From assembly GCA_030148365.1 (NCBI GenBank), contig JASBTO010000007.1:1-31912 (forward strand): a stretch of 31,912 bases of DNA, in the 5' to 3' direction. Shown here piece by piece: positions 1-9,100 of the stretch; position 1 is the first letter of the stretch, and every line of letters begins with the position of its first letter. The notes under the pieces were generated by a model. That model ran no database searches. It saw only the letters and a list, made by a program, of their open reading frames with translations, and was not told where the DNA came from. A program made the position numbers and the translations under genes. Source of the stretch: Kangiellaceae bacterium. Lineage in GTDB: Bacteria > Pseudomonadota > Gammaproteobacteria > Enterobacterales > Kangiellaceae.

Positions 1-84
1 AACGGAATCTATGCAAAACGTCCGGATATCTGGCAATTTATTACCGATGACGGGCGATTCCACCCCGAACTTCAGCCGTCTTGA
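1..84 (+). CDS. Possible 3' end of an unidentified CDS entering from the left edge (…NGIYAKRPDIWQFITDDGRFHPELQPS*)
   Basis: Frame 1 is open from base 1 to TGA at 82-84 and reads as protein-like sequence. Too short to identify. Confidence 0.4.
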   Translation, partial: NGIYAKRPDIWQFITDDGRFHPELQPS

Positions 85-299
85 GCGTTGGGTTGTGCGG
101 GTGCAATGTGAGACCTGCTATGCCGAGCGTAGCTATTTGGCGTTGGCAAGTGAAAATGAAGAGCCGCGGAATCAGCTGGGCGGGCATTCCATTACTTACC
201 GAAATGTCGTTGACGAGGACTGCGTTGGGCAGGTTACTGCGATAAAAACAGGGCTGGAACTGCCTGAAAAGCAGGGATAATAAGGGGTTAAGGCATGTA

Positions 300-386
300 T
301 GGTGCCGAGGAGAGGACTTGAACCTCCACGGGGTTACCCCCACTAGCACCTGAAGCTAGCGTGTCTACCAATTTCACCACCTCGGC
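300..386 (-). tRNA. tRNA-Leu (anticodon CAG)
   Basis: Reverse complement reads GCCGAGGTGGTGAAATTGGTAGACACGCTAGCTTCAGGTGCTAGTGGGGGTAACCCCGTGGAGGTTCAAGTCCTCTCCTCGGCACCA: 87 nt, acceptor stem, CTAGC/GCTAG anticodon stem around TT-CAG-GT, long variable arm, GGTTCAAGTCC T-loop, encoded CCA. Confidence 0.97.
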
Positions 387-400
387 ATGGGATGTCATTG

Positions 401-438
401 AGACGCGCGCATTATAACTGTTGCCGGGCGCTTGTCAA
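401..438 (-). promoter_or_regulatory. sigma70 stable-RNA-type promoter of the tRNA-Leu gene
   Basis: Minus strand TTGACA (438-433), 16-bp spacer, TATAAT (416-411), then a GC-rich discriminator GCGCGCG. This is the architecture of stringently controlled rRNA/tRNA promoters. Confidence 0.8.
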
Positions 439-506
439 ATAGCTTGTGCAGACTAATAGGGATAGAATGTCGGGCAATTCCATATATTCAGGACGAACAA
501 CATTTA

Positions 507-2915
507 ATGCCCCGTAAAAAGGATACTTCCGACCCCCATGCTCAGCGGGAGGCTGAGAAATACGACAACCCCATACCCAGCCGGGAGTTCATCCTCGGCC
601 TGATGGAGGAGCGGGGCAAACCCCTGACTTTCGTTGAAATCTCCGAACATCTCCAGCTCTACGACGAGCAGGACTCCATCGCCCTGCAGCGCCGCCTGCG
701 GGCCATGGAGCGGGACGGACAGATCCTCCGCAATCGCAAGGATCATTATTGCCTGGTCGACCACACGGATCTGGTCAAGGGACGGGTGGACGGCCATCGC
801 GATGGTCATGGTTTTCTGAATCTCGACGAAAGTGATGACCGGGACTGGTTTATCTCGCCCCGGGAGATGCGCGAAGTCTTTCACGGTGATCACGTGCTGG
901 CCCGCCCCAAGGGCTATGATCGTCGGGGCCGCACCGAAGCCGCGATCGTCGAGGTGCTTGAAGACTCCATCAGCCATATCGTCGGTCGCTATTACGAAGA
1001 CAGCGGGACCGGTTTTGTGGCTGCGGACAATACCCGCATCCAGCACGATATTCTGATCGCCCCGGACGATAACCTCAACGCCGAGGAAGACCAGGTGGTG
1101 GTCGTGCGGATCACGGCCAGACCCAAAGGCAATCATGCCGCTCGCGGCGTCGTCGTGGACATTCTGGGCGACTATATGGCGCCCGGCGTCGAGATCCAGA
1201 CAGCTATCCATAATTACCAGTTACCTTTCGAGTGGCCGTCCGCCGTACAGGAAGCGGTCACCAGGCTACCGGTTGAAGTAACCGACGCGGACATCGGCGA
1301 CCGCAAGGATCTTCGGGATCTGCCGCTCCTGACGATTGACGGCGCCGATGCCCGGGATTTTGATGATGCGGTCTTTTGCCGGCCCCGGGAAGAAGGCGGC
1401 TGGACCCTGTATGTGGCCATCGCCGACGTCAGTCATTATGTCCGCCCCGGCAGTGCCCTCGACGAGGAAGCCATCAACCGGGGTAACTCGGTGTATTTCC
1501 CCAATAATGTCATTCCCATGTTGCCGGAACTGCTCAGTAACGGACTTTGCTCCCTGAACCCCGATGTCGATCGGCTGTGCATGGTGTGCGAGCTGGATTT
1601 GGATGCGCAAGGCCACATGGGCGAATACCGGTTCTACCCGGCAGTGATGCACTCGAAAGCGCGCATGACCTATTCGAAAGTCTGGGCAATCCTGGATGGG
1701 GATGAAAAACTCCGCGCTGAGTACGCGGAAGTCGTCCCTCATCTGGAAGAGCTGTACCGTCTGTTCAAGGCCCGTCTGGCGATCCGCCGGCAGCGAGGCG
1801 CCATCGAGTTCGAAACGACGGAAACCCGGATTGAATTCAATGACGAGCGCAAGATTGAGCGGATCGTGCCCGTGGTGCGCAACGACGCCCACAAGATTAT
1901 TGAAGAGTGCATGATTTGCGCCAACGTAGCCTCCGCCCAATTCCTGCTGGAATCGGAAGTACCGGCCATTTTCCGGATTCACGAGACGCCGAGCGCAGCC
2001 AAGTTGGAGGATTTCCGGGCTTTCCTCGGTGAACTGGGGTTGTTCCTGTTTGGTGGTGACTCGCCGGCACCGGCGGATTATGCCGAACTCCTGAAAAGCA
2101 TCAAGGGCCGCCCGGATGAAGAGTTGATCAGCACCATGCTGCTTCGCTCCATGATGCAGGCGGTATACAGCGCCAACAACAAGGGCCATTTTGGCCTCGC
2201 CTTTGACGCCTATACCCACTTTACCTCCCCCATCCGTCGCTACCCGGATTTGCTGGTTCACCGCATTATCAAGCAGCAACTGCGGGATGTGCATAAGAGC
2301 ACCAGCGTGCCCGGCGGACAGGCCTATGAAAAGGCCAAACTGGAACAACTTGGCGAGCATTGTTCGCTATCCGAACGCCGGGCCGACAAGGCCACCAGAG
2401 ACGTGGTGGACTGGCTCAAATGCGAATACATGCTGACCCGGGTCGGGGAGGAGTGTTGGGGTACGGTTTCGACCGTGACCAGTTTTGGTCTGTTTGTACT
2501 GCTTGACGATCTCTTTGTAGAAGGTCTGGTGCATATCAGTTCCCTCGGCGAAGACTACTTCCATTTCGATCCCACGAAAGCGCGCCTGGTGGGCGAGCAT
2601 CAGCGGGAGATTTTCAAGATTGGCCACCGGGTCAAAGTCTCGGTTGCCCGCGTGGATCTCGAAGATCGCAAGATCGATTTTGAATTGGTGGAGCGGGAAA
2701 GAACCGAACGGGACAGCAGTCCGGCCAAGGGCAAGGAGCGGCAAAAACTCTACGGCAAGGCGGACACCAAGAAAAAGGACGGCAAGAAAGCCGACGGCCG
2801 CGGTGCGGGGAAGGGCGGCAAACGGTCCGGCAAGAAACCGGTCAGTCGCCGTCAGGGCAAAAAGCCTGTCCCCAAAACCGGCGGCGGAAAGAAAACCAAG
2901 GGCCGCCAGAAATAA
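507..2915 (+). CDS. rnr: Ribonuclease R
   Basis: N-terminal HTH (PIPSREFIL), cold-shock domains, RNB catalytic motif TIDGADARDFDDA, YTHFTSPIRRYPDL, S1 domain and Lys/Arg-rich tail. ATG 507 preferred over TTG 432 (purine-rich GGACGA upstream, homologous N-terminus). Confidence 0.96.
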   Translation: MPRKKDTSDPHAQREAEKYDNPIPSREFILGLMEERGKPLTFVEISEHLQLYDEQDSIALQRRLRAMERDGQILRNRKDHYCLVDHTDLVKGRVDGHRDGHGFLNLDESDDRDWFISPREMREVFHGDHVLARPKGYDRRGRTEAAIVEVLEDSISHIVGRYYEDSGTGFVAADNTRIQHDILIAPDDNLNAEEDQVVVVRITARPKGNHAARGVVVDILGDYMAPGVEIQTAIHNYQLPFEWPSAVQEAVTRLPVEVTDADIGDRKDLRDLPLLTIDGADARDFDDAVFCRPREEGGWTLYVAIADVSHYVRPGSALDEEAINRGNSVYFPNNVIPMLPELLSNGLCSLNPDVDRLCMVCELDLDAQGHMGEYRFYPAVMHSKARMTYSKVWAILDGDEKLRAEYAEVVPHLEELYRLFKARLAIRRQRGAIEFETTETRIEFNDERKIERIVPVVRNDAHKIIEECMICANVASAQFLLESEVPAIFRIHETPSAAKLEDFRAFLGELGLFLFGGDSPAPADYAELLKSIKGRPDEELISTMLLRSMMQAVYSANNKGHFGLAFDAYTHFTSPIRRYPDLLVHRIIKQQLRDVHKSTSVPGGQAYEKAKLEQLGEHCSLSERRADKATRDVVDWLKCEYMLTRVGEECWGTVSTVTSFGLFVLLDDLFVEGLVHISSLGEDYFHFDPTKARLVGEHQREIFKIGHRVKVSVARVDLEDRKIDFELVERERTERDSSPAKGKERQKLYGKADTKKKDGKKADGRGAGKGGKRSGKKPVSRRQGKKPVPKTGGGKKTKGRQK

Positions 2916-2951
2916 CCGGTCATCTGGTCGTGGTATTACTCGGAATGCATT

Positions 2952-3695
2952 ATGAGTCTAGAAACAGTTTTCGGCCTCCACGCCGTGGAGTCCCTGATCA
3001 GAAACGCACCGGAGCGGGTCCGCAGCCTTTACGTGCAGCAGAGTCGCCACGACAAGCGCTTGCATGCGCTAGTCACCATGGCTCGCGAGGCCGGTCTGCA
3101 TCCCCGGCAAACCGAGCGGGAGGAGCTGGATGAGATGGCGGACGGCCGCCACCAGGGCGTAGTCGCACGCTGCGAGGCTGGCGGACGGCAATATCATGAA
3201 AAGGATATTCCGTCCCTGTTGGCGGGGCTTGATGAGCCGCCATTTGTGCTCGTCCTCGATGGCGTGACCGATCCCCACAACCTTGGTGCCTGCCTGCGCA
3301 GCGCCGATGCCGCCGGCGTACATCTGGTAATCGCACCCAAGGACAAGTCGGTGGGCCTGACGCCGGTGGTTCGCAAAGTAGCCTGCGGGGCCGCAGAGAC
3401 CATACCCTTTATTCAGGTCACCAATCTGGTTCGCGCCCTCGAGCACTTGAAGAAAGCCGGCATTTGGATTGCCGGCGCGGCCGGCGAAGCGGAGCAGGAG
3501 TTGTACCAGGCCGATCTCAAGGGCCCCATTGCGGTTGCCCTGGGTGCGGAAGGCGCCGGATTGCGGCGCCTGACCCGAGAGCATTGCGATTTTCTGATAA
3601 AAATCCCCATGGCAGGCAGCGTCTCCAGCCTGAATGTCTCCGTCGCTACCGGCATTTTTCTGTTTGAAGTGGTCCGGCGTCGCCGGCAGACCTGA
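2952..3695 (+). CDS. rlmB: 23S rRNA (guanosine-2251-2'-O)-methyltransferase RlmB
   Basis: SPOUT motifs LDGVTDPHNLGACLRSADAAG, GAEGAGLR, IPMAGSVSSLNVSVA; canonical position after rnr. Confidence 0.95.
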   Translation: MSLETVFGLHAVESLIRNAPERVRSLYVQQSRHDKRLHALVTMAREAGLHPRQTEREELDEMADGRHQGVVARCEAGGRQYHEKDIPSLLAGLDEPPFVLVLDGVTDPHNLGACLRSADAAGVHLVIAPKDKSVGLTPVVRKVACGAAETIPFIQVTNLVRALEHLKKAGIWIAGAAGEAEQELYQADLKGPIAVALGAEGAGLRRLTREHCDFLIKIPMAGSVSSLNVSVATGIFLFEVVRRRRQT

Positions 3696-3712
3696 GGCCC
3701 TGCAGGTTCTGA

Positions 3713-3741
3713 TTGCAATTCAGGGGCTGTTTCTTTAGAAT
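3713..3741 (+). promoter_or_regulatory. sigma70 promoter of the rpsF operon
   Basis: TTGCAA (3713-3718), 17 bp, TAGAAT (3736-3741). Confidence 0.65.
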
Positions 3742-3822
3742 ACCGCGCTCTTTCGCCTGGACTGACCGTCAGTCCCTGCTCTGACCGGCAGACTAATCGC
3801 GAAAGACTACAATCTGGTTTAG

Positions 3823-3873
3823 CTCCTTGCTGCCGTCTATAAACAAGCGCGGTGGCTGGAAAACCGTAAGGAG
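3823..3873 (+). promoter_or_regulatory. rpsF leader (S6:S18-binding autoregulatory RNA element)
   Basis: CTCCTT (3823-3828) can pair with the Shine-Dalgarno AAGGAG (3868-3873). Inner helix GCTGCCG/CGGTGGC. Unpaired AACCGT carries the CCG motif just before the SD, as in the E. coli leader (…CCGTAAGGAG). Confidence 0.75.
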
Positions 3874-3879
3874 ACCTTA

Positions 3880-4359
3880 ATGAGACACTACGAAATCGTA
3901 TTTCTGGTGCACCCCGATCAGTCTGATCAGGTGCCAAGCATGATCGAACGCTACACCGGTATCATTACCGAAGCAGGTGGCACCGTTCATCGCCTGGAAG
4001 ACTGGGGCCGCCGTCAGCTCGCCTACCCAATCAACAAGTTGCACAAAGCCCACTATGTTCTGATGAACGTGGAAGCCGGCTATGACGCAATCGAAGAGCT
4101 GGAAAATGTTTTCAAATTCAACGACGCAATCCTTCGCAACATGATCATGCGTACCAAGCAGGCCATTACCGAAGCTTCTCCGATGGCCAAGGCCAAAGAA
4201 GAGCAGGATAGCCGTTCGCGCAGTGATTCCCGGGATAACGCTCGCTCTGAGTCTGACGACTCTGCGAAAGAAAAGCCCGCGACTGAAGACAAGAAAGTTG
4301 CTGCCGAAAAAGCTGAAGAGAAAGCCGAAAAGCCCGCTGACGAAGCCAGTGCCGAGTAA
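3880..4359 (+). CDS. rpsF: 30S ribosomal protein S6, with long charged C-terminal tail
   Basis: [15 protein letters not shown]…[26 protein letters not shown] signature. Confidence 0.97.
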   Translation: MRHYEIVFLVHPDQSDQVPSMIERYTGIITEAGGTVHRLEDWGRRQLAYPINKLHKAHYVLMNVEAGYDAIEELENVFKFNDAILRNMIMRTKQAITEASPMAKAKEEQDSRSRSDSRDNARSESDDSAKEKPATEDKKVAAEKAEEKAEKPADEASAE

Positions 4360-4388
4360 GCTGACGCCCGAATCTGAAGGAGAATCAC

Positions 4389-4616
4389 ATGTCACGTTAT
4401 TTCCGTCGTCGTAAATTTTGCCGCTTCACAGCGGAAGGCGTTACCGAGATCGATTACAAGGATCTGGCAACCCTGAAAAACTACATCACCGAGACCGGCA
4501 AAATTGTGCCGAGCCGCATCACGGGCACCAAGGCGAAGTACCAGCGTCAGCTGGCCAGCGCCGTCAAGCGAGCGCGTTTCCTGGCTCTGCTGCCTTACAC
4601 TGACAGCCACGAATAA
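4389..4616 (+). CDS. rpsR: 30S ribosomal protein S18
   Basis: [13 protein letters not shown]…IDYKD…[14 protein letters not shown]…[11 protein letters not shown]. Confidence 0.97.
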   Translation: MSRYFRRRKFCRFTAEGVTEIDYKDLATLKNYITETGKIVPSRITGTKAKYQRQLASAVKRARFLALLPYTDSHE

Positions 4617-4656
4617 GCGGCTTCCTACCAGTATCGAATTTTAAGGGGAAAGCACA

Positions 4657-5106
4657 ATGGATATCATTCTGCTGGAAAAGATCCACAATCTTGGCGACCT
4701 CGGTGACAAGGTCACGGTTGCCGCTGGTTTTGGCCGTAACTTCCTGATACCTAAAGGGAAAGCGGTTCCTGCCACAGAAGACAACGTAAAAATGTTCGAA
4801 CAGCGTCGCGCTGAGCTGGAAGCCAAGGCAGCGGCTGATTTGGCGGCTGCCGAAGCGCGCGCCGAAAAGTTGAACGGTATGGTTGTTACCATCTCGTCCA
4901 AAGCTGGCGACGAAGGCAAACTGTTCGGCTCTATTGGCACCCAGGATATCGCCGATGCGGTTAACGCCGAAGGCGTTGAACTGGTGAAAAAAGAAGTCCG
5001 TATGCCTGACGGTGTACTGCGCCTGGTTGGCGAATATGACATTGACGTCTATCTGCCAAGCGACGTTCAGACCGCCATCAAGGTCGTAGTCGTCGCTGAA
5101 GAATAA
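4657..5106 (+). CDS. rplI: 50S ribosomal protein L9
   Basis: [14 protein letters not shown]…GFGRNFLIP…[13 protein letters not shown]. Confidence 0.97.
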   Translation: MDIILLEKIHNLGDLGDKVTVAAGFGRNFLIPKGKAVPATEDNVKMFEQRRAELEAKAAADLAAAEARAEKLNGMVVTISSKAGDEGKLFGSIGTQDIADAVNAEGVELVKKEVRMPDGVLRLVGEYDIDVYLPSDVQTAIKVVVVAEE

Positions 5107-5164
5107 GCCTCTTCAAGGCGTTAGCATCGGGTTTGCCATCAGGCATATCCGGTGCCAGAATAAG

Positions 5165-5199
5165 GCACTTGTCGGGCACGTCCGGCAAGTGCTTTTTTT
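5165..5199 (+). terminator. Intrinsic terminator after rplI
   Basis: GCACTTGTCGG / CCGGCAAGTGC stem (one G-U pair), 6-nt loop, T7 tract. Confidence 0.8.
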
Positions 5200-5264
5200 A
5201 TGCCGCAGATAAAAAGCTGTAAATACGGCGTACTGAATTTCAACCTCCAATTTAAAGAAACCAC

Positions 5265-6635
5265 ATGGCCCAACCCGGAACAGATCGTAAAGTCCAGGAC
5301 TTGAAAGTCCCCCCCCATTCCCTCGAAGCCGAGCAGTCGGTGCTCGGCGGCGTCATGATAGACAATGATGCCTGGGATGCCGTCTCGGAAATCCTGGTCG
5401 CCGACGATTTTTATCTGAAGGAGCACCGCCAGGTGTTCCGGGCCATGACCAGCCTCGCCAATACCAGCAAGCCGCTGGACGTGATCACCCTGAGCGAATT
5501 TCTGGAGCAGCAGGATGATGCCGATGTCGGTATGGCCTATCTTGGCGAACTGGCCCGCAATACGCCCTCGGTGGCCAATGTGCGCGCCTATTCGGAAATT
5601 GTCCGTGAACGGGCTGTCTCCCGGGAACTGATCCGGGCTGCCAACGAAATTGCCGATTCCGCCTACAACCCCAAGGGCCGCCCGGTCGCCGAAATCCTCG
5701 ATTCCGCCGAAAGCCGGGTGTTTCGTATTGCCGAGCAACGCAGTACCAACAGCGAAGGGCCATCCGGGATTGAGAGCCTGCTACAGGCGACCCTCAATCG
5801 TATCGAAAAAATCAGCGAAAGCAGTGACGGCATTACCGGCCAGGCCACCGGTTTCTCTGATCTGGACGAGATGACCTCCGGACTGCAGCCCGCAGATTTG
5901 GTGATTGTCGCGGCCCGACCTTCCATGGGCAAGACCACCTTCGCCATGAATCTGGTCGAAAATGTCGCCCTCTCGCAGAAGAGCCCGGTGCTGGTGTTCA
6001 GTCTCGAAATGCCGAGCGAATCCCTGATTATGCGATCCCTGTCTTCTCTCGGACGTATCGACCAGAGCCGATTGCGGACCGGCCGTTTGCACGATGATGA
6101 CTGGGCGCGGCTGACCGGCGCCTTCAATCAACTCAAACAGCAGGGCAATCTGTTCATCGATGATGCGCCCGGACTGTCGCCATCGGAAGTGCGCGCACGC
6201 GCGCGGCGGGTCGTGCGGGAACATGGCCCGTTGAGCATGATTATGGTGGATTACCTGCAGTTGATGCAGGTGCCGGGCATGTCGGATAACCGGACCCAGG
6301 AGGTTTCTGAAATCTCCCGGTCCCTGAAATCACTCGCCAAAGAGTTGAACGTGCCGGTGGTAGCCCTTTCCCAGCTCAACCGGTCTCTGGAGCAACGCTC
6401 CGACCGGCGGCCGGTGATGTCGGATTTGCGGGAATCAGGCGCCATCGAGCAGGATGCGGATTTGATCATGTTCATCTACCGGGATGAGGTCTACAAGCCG
6501 GAAACCGAGCACAAGGGCGTCGCTGAAATTATCATCGGCAAACAGCGGAATGGTCCCATCGGCACCATCAACCTCGCCTTCCAGGGCAAGTACACCCGGT
6601 TTGACAACCTGGCCCACAGTGATTACGAGGCCTAG
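5265..6635 (+). CDS. dnaB: Replicative DNA helicase DnaB
   Basis: PPHSLEAEQSVLG N-terminus, Walker A ARPSMGKTT, VDYLQLM, LSQLNR, DLRESGAIEQDAD, KQRNGP. 456 aa, so no intein. Confidence 0.97.
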   Translation: MAQPGTDRKVQDLKVPPHSLEAEQSVLGGVMIDNDAWDAVSEILVADDFYLKEHRQVFRAMTSLANTSKPLDVITLSEFLEQQDDADVGMAYLGELARNTPSVANVRAYSEIVRERAVSRELIRAANEIADSAYNPKGRPVAEILDSAESRVFRIAEQRSTNSEGPSGIESLLQATLNRIEKISESSDGITGQATGFSDLDEMTSGLQPADLVIVAARPSMGKTTFAMNLVENVALSQKSPVLVFSLEMPSESLIMRSLSSLGRIDQSRLRTGRLHDDDWARLTGAFNQLKQQGNLFIDDAPGLSPSEVRARARRVVREHGPLSMIMVDYLQLMQVPGMSDNRTQEVSEISRSLKSLAKELNVPVVALSQLNRSLEQRSDRRPVMSDLRESGAIEQDADLIMFIYRDEVYKPETEHKGVAEIIIGKQRNGPIGTINLAFQGKYTRFDNLAHSDYEA

Positions 6636-6686
6636 CGATCCGGGCTCGGTGTCCATGCTGACTCAGGGCAAGGCAGAAACCTGACC

Positions 6687-7793
6687 ATGCGCGCGACCAA
6701 AGCCTGTATCAGTCTCGATGCTATCCGTCATAATTTCGCGACCCTCCGGGCGCAGGTCGGCGATGCGCGCATCATGGCGGTGGTCAAGGCCGACGCCTAT
6801 GGCCATGGTCTGGTACCGGTCGCGCGGGCATTGCCCCAGGCCGATATCTTCGCCGTTGCCAGCCTCGAAGAAGCCGTGGAACTGCGGCAGGCCGGAATTG
6901 ACCAGCGTATTCTGATGCTGGAAGGCTTTTTCCACGCCGACGAACTCCCCGAAATTTTCGCCCAGGAACTGGAAGTGGTCGTCCATCATGACGCCCAGAT
7001 TGAAGCTCTTGAAGCGCTCGATTCCGGCAACATCCAGGTCTGGCTGAAGCTGGATACCGGGATGAATCGTCTCGGCTTCAGGCCGTCGGAGGCCATAGAA
7101 GCCCTGAAGCGGCTCAGGGCCTGCCAGGCCGTGCGTGAGCCGGTGTTTTGTATGTCCCATTTCGCCAATGCCGACGAACCCGATGAGGGCTTCGCGGGGG
7201 CTCAGTTACAGGACTTTCTCGACCATGTCGAAGAGTCGACGCCGCCCTCAGGTTGCCGGTGGCGCAGTATCGCCAACTCGGCAGCCATTCTCACCCAACC
7301 TGACGCCCATCTGGAGTTGGTCCGGCCGGGGCTCGCCTTGTACGGTTGTTCGCCACTGCCGGGGAAAACCGGCACTGACCATGGTCTGATCCCGGTGATG
7401 ACCCTTGAGTCGAAACTGTTTGCCATCAAACCGGTCAACAAGGGCGAGAGTGTCGGTTATGGCCGTAGCTGGCAGGCGCAGGAAGATACCCGGGTCGGTC
7501 TGGTGGCTATCGGTTACGGCGACGGCTACCCACGCCACGCCCGCTCCGGCACGCCCGTGTGGGTCAATGGTCGTCGGGTCCCCCTCGCGGGACGAATTTC
7601 CATGGACATGCTGGCGGTGGATCTGGGGCCGGATTCAAACGACCGGATTGGCGATCGGGTGGTATTGTGGGGGCCTGAATTGCCCGCCGAGACGGTTGCC
7701 GAACATGCCGATACGATCAGTTACACCCTGCTTTGCGGCGTAACCCGGCGGGTCTATTTCGAGTACCGATCCAGGGAGACGGAGGCAAACTGA
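6687..7793 (+). CDS. alr: Alanine racemase
   Basis: PLP-lysine motif AVVKADAYGHG, KLDTGMNRLG, GYGDGYPR, GRISMDM; typical position after dnaB. Confidence 0.95.
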   Translation: MRATKACISLDAIRHNFATLRAQVGDARIMAVVKADAYGHGLVPVARALPQADIFAVASLEEAVELRQAGIDQRILMLEGFFHADELPEIFAQELEVVVHHDAQIEALEALDSGNIQVWLKLDTGMNRLGFRPSEAIEALKRLRACQAVREPVFCMSHFANADEPDEGFAGAQLQDFLDHVEESTPPSGCRWRSIANSAAILTQPDAHLELVRPGLALYGCSPLPGKTGTDHGLIPVMTLESKLFAIKPVNKGESVGYGRSWQAQEDTRVGLVAIGYGDGYPRHARSGTPVWVNGRRVPLAGRISMDMLAVDLGPDSNDRIGDRVVLWGPELPAETVAEHADTISYTLLCGVTRRVYFEYRSRETEAN

Positions 7794-7795
7794 TT

Positions 7796-8203
7796 ATGGT
7801 GGCAATGATTTCAGTAGATTCGCAAGGGCAGGGCCTCGTGCCTTTCACCGACAAGGTCCGTGAGCAGGTTCAGCAGTCCGGGATCGAGGACGGGCTCTGC
7901 ACATTGTTTGTCCGTCATACATCCTGCAGCTTGCTCATACAGGAAAACGCCGACCCGTCGGCGCGCCGGGACCTCGAGTCCTGGCTGAACCGGTTGGTGC
8001 CCGAGGCGGATCCTCTCTATACGCATACGGCGGAGGGCCCGGATGACATGCCGGCCCATATCAAGGCCGCGCTTACCGCGACCTCCCTTGCTATTCCCGT
8101 GGCCGACGGGCAACTGGTGCTCGGCACCTGGCAGGGTATTTACCTGTGGGAACATCGCCATCAGCCCCATCGCCGCCAGATCGCGATCCATATCGGGGAC
8201 TGA
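7796..8203 (+). CDS. YjbQ/UPF0047 family protein (secondary thiamine-phosphate synthase-like)
   Basis: HTSCSLLIQENADP, EGPDDMPAHIK, LGTWQGIYLWEHR. ATG 7796 lies 2 nt after the alr stop. Confidence 0.88.
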   Translation: MVAMISVDSQGQGLVPFTDKVREQVQQSGIEDGLCTLFVRHTSCSLLIQENADPSARRDLESWLNRLVPEADPLYTHTAEGPDDMPAHIKAALTATSLAIPVADGQLVLGTWQGIYLWEHRHQPHRRQIAIHIGD

Positions 8204-8249
8204 CGGATTTCCGACGCGCCAGTGACAACTAACAACAAGAGAGTAATTA

Positions 8250-9002
8250 ATGAAATTTCCGATCCTTGTCAGAAAACTCCATAAATGGGTGGGTTTGGTT
8301 GTTGGCATCCAGATCCTGCTATGGGTGACGGGCGGCGTTGTCATGAGTGTTTTCGATATCGAAGAAGTGCGCGGCAACCATAACCGGGCAAAACAGGAGA
8401 GCGTACCGCTGGCCGATTCCCGGGTTACCTATGGAGCGCAGGACCTGTTGCGGGACCTCGCGCGAGCAGGGCATAGCACCGATGAATTACGGCTCCTGCA
8501 GTGGCAGGGGCAGCCCGTCTGGCGGGTAGAAGCAAACGGGCGCGAAGCGCTGATCAGCGCGACTTCCGGAGAGCGACTGACGCCTCTGGGCAAAGAGGAC
8601 GCCATGGCGTTGGCGCGCCTGGATTTTTCCGGGCCGGGAGAAATCCGCAAGGTCACCCTGATAGAAACCCCCCTCAGTGAAATCCGCGGCCGGGACCTGC
8701 CCTTGTGGCAGGTGCAAATGGCGGACCCGGAAAATACCCGGATTTACGTCTCTCCTGACAATGGCCGGGTCGTGTCCAGGCGTAATGACACCTGGCGGCT
8801 GTACGATTTTTTCTGGATGCTGCATATTATGGATTACCAGGAGCGCAAGGATTTCAATAACCCGCTGCTGGTCACGGCTGCGGGTGTAGCCTGGGTTATG
8901 GCATTCACTGGCATGGCCCTGTTAATCTGGGTCCTGTTCACGCGGGATTTGCCGTCCTGGCGACGCCGTCGTAAGGCCAGCCAGGCAGCGAGCCAGGCAT
9001 GA
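8250..9002 (+). CDS. PepSY-domain inner-membrane protein
   Basis: N-terminal RKLHKWVGL helix, PepSY-like periplasmic repeats (RIYVSPDNGRVVSRR), YDFFWMLHIMDY motif and C-terminal TM helix. Confidence 0.8.
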   Translation: MKFPILVRKLHKWVGLVVGIQILLWVTGGVVMSVFDIEEVRGNHNRAKQESVPLADSRVTYGAQDLLRDLARAGHSTDELRLLQWQGQPVWRVEANGREALISATSGERLTPLGKEDAMALARLDFSGPGEIRKVTLIETPLSEIRGRDLPLWQVQMADPENTRIYVSPDNGRVVSRRNDTWRLYDFFWMLHIMDYQERKDFNNPLLVTAAGVAWVMAFTGMALLIWVLFTRDLPSWRRRRKASQAASQA

Positions 9003-9037
9003 CACCTGCGGTGTGTCTGTCCGGAAGTGTTCCGGTA

Positions 9038-9066
9038 GTCGCAAATATCAGGTAGGCGCCCGATAT
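9038..9066 (+). promoter_or_regulatory. Possible sigma32 promoter of htpX
   Basis: GTCGCAA, 14 bp, CCCGATAT. The -10 is one mismatch from CCCCATnT but the -35 is poor. htpX is a known heat-shock gene. Confidence 0.3.
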
Positions 9067-9100
9067 CACGGGTGGAGATTTCGTTCAAAGGAACCAGAGA

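Noticed and set aside
11-349. ORFs 11-280 (+) and 41-349 (-)
   Set aside because: One overlaps the tRNA, and neither looks protein-like or has a convincing RBS.
432-506. N-terminal extension of RNase R from TTG 432
   Set aside because: It overlaps the tRNA promoter -35 element; ATG 507 gives the conventional N-terminus.
1266-2360. Long antisense or alternate-frame ORFs (also 504-1211, 12175-12999, 14282-15082, 22508-23383, 28916-29722 and others)
   Set aside because: They overlap well-supported genes and lack motifs. Long shadow ORFs are expected in GC-rich coding DNA.
2700-2915. Lys/Arg/Gly-rich low-complexity stretch
   Set aside because: This is the known basic C-terminal tail of RNase R.
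5265-6635. Intein in DnaB
   Set aside because: The length (456 aa) is normal and the conserved motifs are contiguous.
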